Of a stretch of DNA of 20,000 bases, positions 10,672 through 20,000 are shown in pieces. The position numbers and the translations under genes were made by a program. Positions within the stretch are counted from its first letter, which is position 1. Each line of letters opens with the position of its first letter. Source of the stretch: Trichinella spiralis (Eukaryota); NCBI RefSeq assembly GCF_000181795.1, contig NW_003526945.1:235123-255122 (forward strand), given 5' to 3'. The notes beneath the pieces are model-generated. The model had not been told where the DNA came from, made no database searches, and was given only the letters and a program-made list of their open reading frames with translations.

Positions 10672-13600
10672 GCATATCAGAAATTTACCGGCGTATTGCA
10701 AAAAATAGTTTTGGTTTAAGAAGCAAGCAGTTTTTGTGCCCAGTTGAAGGTATGTAAATTTGGGAATAACCCCCAAATCGATGATTTTTTGAGAAAATTT
10801 CATAAAGTCGCCAGTTTGAGGATTTGGAATTTTCAGAAAAAAAAGACTGGCATATTGCACGAAAATAACATTCTAATCTGCCAATTTTGGATAGTACTTA
10901 TATCTAATTTGGAATCAATTAAAAATTTCTGTCAACAGCGGTTTATAAATTTGAAAGTTTTTGTAACATTAATGAAAATCAAGAACAATTCTTGTAAAAA
11001 AACATTTATTTTTTTGGGTAAAAAAAATTGATGGGTGCGTTGAAAAAATTAATGAAACCATACCGTATTCCCATTTTGTTAACATTCCTTTTTCATTCCT
11101 TATTATTTCGTCGCATTTAAAACACTATTCATGTGTTAGTTTTTTGCGTATATCTCAATAAATACCCCATCACTAGGGATCCATGTCCATTTAAAGTAGA
11201 CAGCAAATAATTTTAAAAAGGTATAAATCAATTGCTTTAATTTCTGGATTTAAAAATGTTTCTCGAAAATTGCAAAATTTCATGGACTATAGACTTGTTT
11301 GTTTTTGCGAAAATCAGAGAAAAACGTTTTCTCAATATTTGGACTTTGTTTTTATTTTCGTATTTTTTTATTGATGAAAATTAGTATTTAAGAGACTTTA
11401 ACTTTGAAATTTCCTGTACTTGTGGAATAAATGGTTTCAAAAGTTGAATTCCTTCCCATGTTAATACATACGATAGTCGCCCATTAGTAACTGTTTTTCA
11501 ACGGAACCGGAGACTGCAAGTTCCTGCACATGATACATTTTTGGCATGAAATCTGTTCGATTTTCACTAATATATGTTTCTCAAGATCAATTTAGTTGAA
11601 TTTCTGAAATTACTGCTGTTAAATTATCATTAATTTGCTGCCATTCAAAACGAAAGTGTTTTAAGTGTTTACCTTGACAAAAAGTAAACATTTCATTGCA
11701 TCCAATCCCGTTTACCATCTTTGTCATTGATTAAACTCCTAATATATCCAACATGAGTGGCTATTTGAATTTACTTTTGCTTACTAACAACGACGCAATA
11801 ACGATTTGCATAATCAGTATAATATGTGGTCGCCCAGAGTTGAAATTCATTACAATTGCTATGAAATTAAATAAATTCAAAATTTATGTCAAATTATTGA
11901 ACTCATGCATGGTATTTATTCGAATCTTTAGAGAAATCTACCAGTATGTACAGTGGAAATTAGTCTGAGCATATCAGAAACTACGGCGTATTGCAAAATA
12001 GATTTATGTCAAAAGCAAGCAGTTTTGTGCCAATTGAAGGTATGCAAATTTGGAATAACCCGCAATCGATGATTTTTTGAGAAATTTCATAAACTTGCCG
12101 GTTTGTGGATTTGGAATTTTTAGAAAAAAAAGACTGGCATATTGCACGAAAATAACATTCTAATCTGCTAATTTTGGATAGTACTTATATCTAATTGGCA
12201 ATCAATTAAAAATTTCTTTCAACAACGGTTTATAATTTTGAAAGTTTTTGTAACATTAATGAAAGTCAAGAACAATTCTTGTAAAAAAACATTTATTTTT
12301 TTGGGTAAAAAAAATTGATGGGTGCGTTGAAAAAATTAATGAAACCATACCGTATTCCCATTTTGTTAACATTCCTTTTTCATTCCTTATTATTTCGTCG
12401 CATTTAAAACACTATTCATGTGTTAGTTTTTTGCGTATATCTCAATAAATACCCCATCACTAGGGATCCATGTCCATTTAAAGTAGACAGCAAATAATTT
12501 TAAAAAGATATAAATCAATTGCTTTAATTTCTGGATTTAAAAATGTTTCGCGAAAATTGCAAAATTTCATGGACTATAGACTTGTTTGTTTTTGCGAAAA
12601 TCAGAGAAAAACGTTTTCTCAATATTTGGACTTTGTTTTTATTTTCGGAATTTTTTATTGATGAAAATTAGTATTTAAGAGACTTTAACTTTGAAATTTC
12701 CTGTACTTGTGGAATAAATGGTTTCAAAAGTTGAATTCCTTCCTATGTTAATACATACGATAGTCGCCCATTAGTAACTGTTTTTCAACGGAACCGGAGA
12801 CTGCAAGTTTCTGCACATGATACATTTTTGGCATGAAATCTGTTCGATTTTCACTAATATATGTTTTTTAAGATCAATTTAGTTGAATTTCTGAAATTAC
12901 TGCTGTTAAATTATCATTAATTTGCTGCCATTCAAAACGAAAGTGTTTTAAGTGTTTACCTTGACAAAAAGTAAACATTTCATTGCATCCAATCCCGTTT
13001 ACCATCTTTGTCATTGATTAAACTCCTAATATATCCAACATGAGTGGCTATTTGAATTTACTTTTGCTTACTAACAACGACGCAATAACGATTTGCGTAA
13101 TCAGTATAATATGTGGTCGCCCAGAGTTGAAATTCATTACAATTGCTATGAAATTAAATAAATTCAAAATTTATGTCAAATTATTGAACTCATGCATGGT
13201 ATTTATTCGAATCTTTAGAGAAATTTACCAATATGGACAGTGGAAATTAATCTGCGCATATCAGAAACTACGGCGTATTGCAAAATAGTTCTGGGTTAAG
13301 AGCAAGCTGTTTTGTGCCAGTTGAAGGTATGCAAATTTGGAATAACCCGCAATCGATGATTTTTTGAGAAATTTCATAAACTTGCCGGTTTGTGGATTTG
13401 GAATTTTTAGAAAAAAAAGACTGGCATATTGCACGAAAATAACATTCTAATCTGCTAATTTTGGATAGTACTTATATCTAATTGGCAATCAATTAAAAAT
13501 TTCTGTCAACAACGGTTTATAATTTTGAAAGTTTTTGTAACATTAATGAAAGTCAAGAACAATTCTTGTAAAAAAACATTTATTTTTTTGGGTAAAAAAA

Positions 13601-13849
13601 ATTGATGGGTGCGTTGAAAAAATTAATGAAACCATACCGTATTCCCATTTTGTTAACATTCCTTTTCATTCCCTATATTTACGTCGCATTAAAACACTAT
13701 CCATGTGTAGATTTTTTGCGTATAATCTCCATAAATACCCCATCACTAAGGATCCATGTCCAATTAAGGTAGAAAAGCTACTATTCTAAAAAGATTAAAT
13801 CATGCTTTAATTCTGAATAAATGTTTCTCGAAAATGCAAAATTCCATGG

Positions 13850-13859
13850 NNNNNNNNNN
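13850..13859. other. Assembly gap (10 N) inside the array
   Basis: N run with low-quality-looking flanks. About 350 bp of the unit is missing here. Confidence 0.99.
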
Positions 13860-16800
13860 TTGCTCCATACAAAATGAAAGGTGTGCAAGTGCGTACCTTG
13901 ACAAAAAGTAAGCATTCAGGCATCCACTACCAGTTTACCATATAGTCATTGACTAATCTCCTCATATATCCAACATGAGTGGCTATATGAACTTACTTTT
14001 GTTTACTAACATCGACGCAATATCGATTTGCATAATCAGTATAATATGTGGTCGCGCAGAGTTGAAATTCATTACAATGGCTATGAAAGTAAGTATATTC
14101 AAAATTTATGTCAAATTATTGAAATCATGCATGGTATTTATTCGAATCTTTAGAGAAATCAACCAATATGTACAGTAGAAATTATTATGAGCATATCAGA
14201 AACTACGGCGTATTGCAAAATAGTTCTGGGTTAAGAGCAAGCTGTTTTGTGCCAGTTGAAGGTATGTAAATTGGGAATAACCCGCAATCGATGATTTTTT
14301 GAGAAATTTCATAAAATTTCCGGTTTGAGGATTTGGAATTTTTAAAAAAAAAGACTGGCATATTGCACGAAAATAACATTCTAATCTGCCAATTTTGGAT
14401 AGTGCTTATACCTAATTTGGAATCAATTAAAAATTTCTGTCAACAGCGGTTTATAAATTTGAAAGTTTTTGTAACATTAATGAAAATCAAGAACAATTCT
14501 TGTAAAAACACATTTATTTTTTTGGGTAAAAAAATTGATGGTTGCGTTCAAAAAATTAATGAAACCGTACCATTTTTTATTTTGTAAACCTTTTTTTCAT
14601 TCTTTACTGTTTCGACGTCTTTTATATACTATGCAAGTTTTAATTTTTTGCGTTTTTCTCTAGAAATACGGAATCCCCAGGATTCCAGTTGCATTTGAAG
14701 TTGATAAATAGTAGTTTTCAGTAAATGTTAATCAATTGCCTGAATTTTAGATTTCTTGTAAATTGCAAAATTTCATTCACTAAAGACTTGGTTGTTTTCC
14801 GAAAATCAGCGAAAAATGTTTTTTCAAAATTTGGATTCTTTTTTTCTTTTTATCATTTTTTATTGATGAAAAATAGAATTTTAGATATTCTAACTTTGAA
14901 TTCTCTCGTTCGAAAGCATTGTATGTGCTTGCTTTCCTAAAATTAAGCATTTCATTGCTTCCAATCCAATTTACCATCTTTGTAATTGCCTCACCTCATT
15001 ATATATCCCGCATGTGTATCTATTTGAATTCATTTTTGCCAAGTAACAATGATGAAGTGGTGATTTACATAATTATTATAATATATAGGCACCCAGACAT
15101 GAAATTCATTACTGCTGCTATTAAATTGTTATTGCGAATCTCTAATTATACACTTTCCGTTTCACTTCTATCCCATAATTAAATTTCTGTTTGCAGAGTG
15201 TGGTTCGGGAGACACAGGTTTCACAAAACGAATTAAGACATTCTATCATACATCATCCTCAATATCAGAAAATACGTACCATTTCAAGCACCTTCAGATC
15301 TTTATGAGAATGGCATTGACGTAAAAATCAGGAAATCAAAGGAAGCTGCTGAGAGCGACATTTCCTCCAGCAATATTATAAAAAATCGACTGTCTGACCC
15401 TGTGTGTGAGATGACAGTAGGGGTGGTGGATGGATGACGGATTTAACAGCTTAAATGGAGGTAAGGAAGGTGGAGAAGAGGCTTTTAGTGTTAGTGTAAG
15501 ATTTACATGGGAATGAAACAGGCAAGCAAGAGAAATGGACCGCGTCATAATGACAGCCATTAACGCGTTGACACTGAAATTTTCGCATGGGAAAGTAGGT
15601 ATATTTTTTGGAAAAATAGATACAAGATAGGGAAGCCGTTTAAAGGAAGTGCATTTGTGGCGGCTTCTGGAAAATTGAATCTGTTCATCAAGTTCAGCTT
15701 TTTGTTGGGTTGACGCGGGAATATGAATCTTGACAGAAAAGCATTAGACTTTTGGCTTTACTAACACAAGAACAAAAGGCAAAAATAACAATCGGCATTC
15801 AAATGTATGTGGAATGCATGCATCATTAATCAAGTAATATCAGCAGTATGAAAATCTGCAGATCTGAAGTATGAAAATCTGCAGGTATTAATGTAGCTGA
15901 TGATAGCCGACTAGGCTGCACAACATCTTCAATGTTTCACAACTCTTATTTCACATTAATGACGTAATTGCAGCCGACGGTTTTATCTTGCATGAGCACA
16001 GAACACAATGTATTAAAAAAATATGGGAGATAATATGCGGACATGAAAATGCATCTTTTAATATGAAAATCGAAACTAAAATCACTAAATGTGAATTAAT
16101 AATTGAAAATACAGTAATATACATTATTGAAATTGCCAAATTAATGATAATAAGGTTAATGAGTAATACATGAATGAGAGAAAAGCATAGGTAGTTTCAA
16201 TAGTTCTTATTTTATCAGAGTGCTGTTCGATAAACGATGGCGGTGAGTAACTAAATTGTAAATGAGCGATGCTTCATTCAGGTGAATACTGAAATACTTC
16301 AATACTGAATCTTTTTTTGCTGATGTTTTGCTATGCATGCATGTATGTTTAAGTATTTAAAAAACTATCAATTTGACCGCGTGTAAAACTTGAAATAAAT
16401 ACTTTTAAATCAGAATTCTCAATTACATTCAGATCAACGTTGAAAGATTTGAACAAATCCATATGTCATTTTGTTATTTAGTGTTATCATCTAGATTCAA
16501 ATGAAGAAGACGATAGAATTTTGAATTTACACAACTTTATCTGAACACTAAACAGGTCGAATATAACAAAGCGGATAGTGTTATATGTTATGCAGTTCAG
16601 AAAAATAGTGTTTTCATACGCACATCGTTTTCAATTTAATTTTATTTTCAGTTTATATTGTTTTCTAGATTTTACACCATGAAGACACAAGATAAATCAA
16701 AATTTTTACATAGTTAATTACGCTTGGCATAGAGCGCAACCAGTGTGCTCAATCATCGTTTATTTTTTGTTGACATTATGTTGTAATTCATATTTGAATA

Positions 16801-17333
16801 GCATATCCAACTTACATAAGCCGGCGTTTACGGCTACGTGCGCAGTGTCTGTCTTTTACGCCAATTGGGCCATTTGAAAATTAACTTTGTATTAGCAGTG
16901 CACCGGTTAAATTGGCTTTGTTGACTAACAGAAGCCTAGAATGATGTTTGCTCCATCTATTTTTGTTTCAACTACTGAGTAAGGTGTGTTATTAGATATA
17001 GAAGAATCTTATCTTATCAAACATGGGCGTTGTCTAGTTGGAATGAAAATTGAGTGCACTTGCAATTGCTTTGCTTCGATCTCATGCGCCCCCTGTATAT
17101 TATTTGTTCAACGAAACGAGAATACGATCCACATGATAATCAAACTAATGAACTTTATGTAAATTCTCCTGAGGCTACTATCAAATTGTTCTATCAATTC
17201 CATGCCACACGATTGTAGCGAATCATTGATCTTCAAATGAACATAGTCATTTAATTACTAACGATGGACTAATAAAACAAGAAACGGATTGGCATTGTTA
17301 TCATATTAAAGATTACTCCACTAATCAATCCTC

Positions 17334-18070
17334 NNNNNNNNNNNNNNNNNNNNNNNNNNNNNNNNNNNNNNNNNNNNNNNNNNNNNNNNNNNNNNNNNNN
17401 NNNNNNNNNNNNNNNNNNNNNNNNNNNNNNNNNNNNNNNNNNNNNNNNNNNNNNNNNNNNNNNNNNNNNNNNNNNNNNNNNNNNNNNNNNNNNNNNNNNN
17501 NNNNNNNNNNNNNNNNNNNNNNNNNNNNNNNNNNNNNNNNNNNNNNNNNNNNNNNNNNNNNNNNNNNNNNNNNNNNNNNNNNNNNNNNNNNNNNNNNNNN
17601 NNNNNNNNNNNNNNNNNNNNNNNNNNNNNNNNNNNNNNNNNNNNNNNNNNNNNNNNNNNNNNNNNNNNNNNNNNNNNNNNNNNNNNNNNNNNNNNNNNNN
17701 NNNNNNNNNNNNNNNNNNNNNNNNNNNNNNNNNNNNNNNNNNNNNNNNNNNNNNNNNNNNNNNNNNNNNNNNNNNNNNNNNNNNNNNNNNNNNNNNNNNN
17801 NNNNNNNNNNNNNNNNNNNNNNNNNNNNNNNNNNNNNNNNNNNNNNNNNNNNNNNNNNNNNNNNNNNNNNNNNNNNNNNNNNNNNNNNNNNNNNNNNNNN
17901 NNNNNNNNNNNNNNNNNNNNNNNNNNNNNNNNNNNNNNNNNNNNNNNNNNNNNNNNNNNNNNNNNNNNNNNNNNNNNNNNNNNNNNNNNNNNNNNNNNNN
18001 NNNNNNNNNNNNNNNNNNNNNNNNNNNNNNNNNNNNNNNNNNNNNNNNNNNNNNNNNNNNNNNNNNNNNN
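17334..18070. other. Assembly gap (737 N)
   Basis: N run. Confidence 0.99.
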
Positions 18071-18104
18071 AGTCCGATATTTCAAAGCTCACCTCTCCCT
18101 CTCC

Positions 18105-19933
18105 CGGGTGCGGTACCAGAGGCCTGCCGCCTGCTCGGATCCCAGCAATGGGATCTCAAGCAAGGTTTTTTTTTCAGGCCCGACCGCCCCCCGCGCCGCC
18201 CCCCGCCCTCCTGCCCGTTAACGGGGACTTTCCCTCGGCGGAGTCTCCTAGTCCCGTGCTGGCCAGAGACCGGTTTTAAAGAGATGACCCTGTCCATTTG
18301 TGTGGTAATGGACGTTGTTTGAAATCTTGTGCAATGGGATTTCAACACCTGTGTGAATTCGTAAGACGTATCTGTCCTAGAGGCAGTTATGCAAATTCGC
18401 AATTGACGTAGTGCCGAGACTCTGTTTCGGTGCCAATCTAGTGGTGATCGTTACTCCCCCAAGAGGAACGGTAAGCGTCGCTATGCGTTTGTGTTATTGT
18501 CTCGCTGGCTCTGACACTTGGCCAATGATTGACATTAGATTTGCCGTCACACCTTTAACTAGTTCATTTGGCGTTGCACCTTTCATCAGTTTAGGCATCA
18601 AACATTTGAAATTAATCTCCTTCGAGAGTTTCCCCTTATAATCATGCTAAATAGTTTAAATTTGCTAACGTTTTATACATTAATTTATTCATTTAGGAAC
18701 TTAAATGATATATAAAATATAATGTTCATTCATCTAATAATTGGGCAAATTCAGTTTTTGTTTACATTACACTGTTTTAAACTAAAAAAGTTTACCAGTT
18801 TTTCATTTACATTTCATCATATAGAAGATTTTAATTATTCATTAATCTTATACTGATAATAATATATTTTTAGTTTAAAGCAGTTTTCTACTTTAAAAAA
18901 TGTAATGTCACAGTAGATTTCTACTTTAAAACAGTGTAATGTAAACAGTTAAAAGGGATGTAATATAGTAAACATTAAATTAGCATAATTTTATTTAATA
19001 ATTATTAGTGAATTAGCTATTGTTTGAATATAAATTTTTTACGTATTAAAAATGTTAATCGGGGTCTCCTTTAATTAGGTAATGGGGAAAGAAAACTTGG
19101 TATAAATGAAATAAACGATTAGCTTAGCCAAGGTGCAACGAGATTAATCTTTTTATAAATAGGAAGTAATTTTCTATAAATAGAATGTTATTAATCCGTA
19201 ACATGTAGGAAAACAATGTATTAAATATGAGATTAATTTTAATATGCTAATTAGAAAGTTTAAAATGCAACGTAAATGCTTCACTGAGTATTTTAATTTT
19301 TAATTAGGTTAAATAACGTCATTCGTAACAACATATTTTAGCAGTAAGAGTTTTTTAATAAATGATTAACATACAATGTAAACACAAAAGTGGGTCATAA
19401 AATTTTCTAATTAGGTATAATAACGTCACTCGTAACTACATATTTTAGCAGGGTTTTTAATAGTTAATTAGAATGTTTTAAATGGAATGCAAAAAACAGC
19501 AACTTACAGTACTCAGTTTTATTTGAAAAGATAAGTAGGCATAATACATTAAATCAATAATGATGAGTTGTAAATCATACGGTAAGTATGCAAACATGAG
19601 TTGGTTCTGCAGGACAGTACATTAATATTGAGTATCAGGTGTGACGGCAATTTGATGTGCATGAGGCGGCAAGGCTTAGTAGGCGAGACGATTCACATTT
19701 GCCTGGCAACGCACGCCATCTGGTGCGGAAGCTACGTCTTCGGCGGATCAGAATGGCCATCTGGTCCGTCGAGGGTGGATCAGATGGATCCACCCATGGT
19801 CATCTCGGCCAAAATCGTGAGGCCAGCACGTGGGCTAGGAGGCGATGATGCCTTGGGGGTCCCCGGGGCAGGAGGGCGGGGGGCGGCGCGGGGGCGGTCG
19901 GGCTGACCGAAAGGCAGGCCTCCACCGCAACCG
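18105..19933 (+). ncRNA. Putative large structured RNA or fold-back element of unknown family (~1.83 kb or longer)
   Basis: Nested inverted complementarity, for example 18178-18216/19866-19903 (38 bp, one bulge), 18245-18264/19821-19841, 18541-18554/19637-19650 (14 bp perfect) and 18759-18781/18925-18947 (23 bp perfect). G-U pairs are biased to the + strand, and a GCAA-capped hairpin lies at 18137-18156. The fold-back itself is directly visible. Transcription and function are inferred. Confidence 0.6.
19301..19451. repeat. 44-bp direct repeat pair inside the fold-back element
   Basis: 19301-19344 TAATTAGGTTAAATAACGTCATTCGTAACAACATATTTTAGCAG versus 19408-19451 TAATTAGGTATAATAACGTCACTCGTAACTACATATTTTAGCAG, 40/44 identical. 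Confidence 0.85.
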
Positions 19934-20000
19934 AAAACTTTTTTTTAAAAAAATTCACAAAAAAAAGCAACCTTCCCCCCCGCTGAATCGACGAAAACGC

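Larger units (their letters stand above)
8289..15128. repeat. Tandem array of a ~1.285-kb unit: about five copies plus diverged partial copies at both ends
   Basis: The anchor ATGAGTGGCTA occurs at 9122, 10405, 11753, 13040 and 13975, with a degenerate version at 15012. Gap-free spacings are 1283 and 1287. The spacings 1348 and 935 each span an N gap. The central copies are near-identical and the terminal ones are more diverged. Confidence 0.95.

Noticed and set aside
9122..14587. Repeated ORFs MSGYLNLLLL... and ...KKTGILHENNILICQFW
   Set aside because: They recur only because the DNA is repeated. Their ends and frames vary between copies, composition is I/K/F/N-biased, and no domain is evident.
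8289..15128. CRISPR-like array or 5S rRNA/tRNA/histone cluster
   Set aside because: The context is eukaryotic, the units are kb-sized without unique spacers, and I recognise no such gene sequence in the unit.
15330..15830. Purine-rich stretch that might be a decayed mobile element
   Set aside because: Multiple stops, and no recognisable motif or termini.
15845..15884. 17-bp direct repeat AGTATGAAAATCTGCAG x2
   Set aside because: An isolated local duplication with no associated feature.
17321..18092. 254- and 255-aa ORFs
   Set aside because: Artefacts of the N gap.
18210..18236. Minus-strand GGGAAAGTCCCCG..CGGGCAG resembles the RNase MRP CR-I motif
   Set aside because: No CR-V (GGGGCTnA)/P4 partner lies downstream on that strand, and the G-U bias indicates the + strand is the folding strand.
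18082..19906. ORFs 18082-18402, 18411-18641, 19601-19906 and 19657-19848
   Set aside because: Low-complexity Gly/Arg translations of GC-rich structured DNA with no recognisable domain. Several have non-ATG starts.
18105..19933. Ordinary TIR or MITE transposon as the explanation of the inverted repeat
   Set aside because: Not excluded, but the arms are unequal, interrupted by independent hairpins and G-U biased. No TSD or defined terminus is visible, because the left side abuts a gap.
18071..20000. Telomerase RNA template or hammerhead ribozyme within the fold-back
   Set aside because: I found no GCCTAA/CCCTAA-type template on +, and no CTGAnGA...GAAA core with proper stems.

Overview
AT-rich eukaryotic draft-assembly DNA with short GT-AG introns and three N gaps. 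It is probably from an invertebrate; a Trichinella-like nematode is my inference only. In order, the window holds: (1) the 3' part of a spliced NAD(P)HX epimerase (NAXE/YjeF_N) gene at 2-672, with atypical active-site motifs; (2) a 967-bp non-autonomous Buster-type hAT transposon with TIRs and an 8-bp TSD at 1272-2238; (3) a complete 3-exon Polycomb-type chromodomain gene at 5354-6296 (202 aa, no recognisable Pc box); (4) a tandem array of a ~1.285-kb unit at ~8290-15130 that carries repeated splice-site-like signals; (5) after a 737-N gap, a ~1.83-kb non-coding segment at 18105-19933 that folds back on itself. That segment forms about 20 nested long-range helices plus side hairpins, and most non-Watson-Crick pairs are G-U on the + strand. 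This giant structured-RNA candidate is the most interesting object in the window. All pairing was read by eye, not computed.
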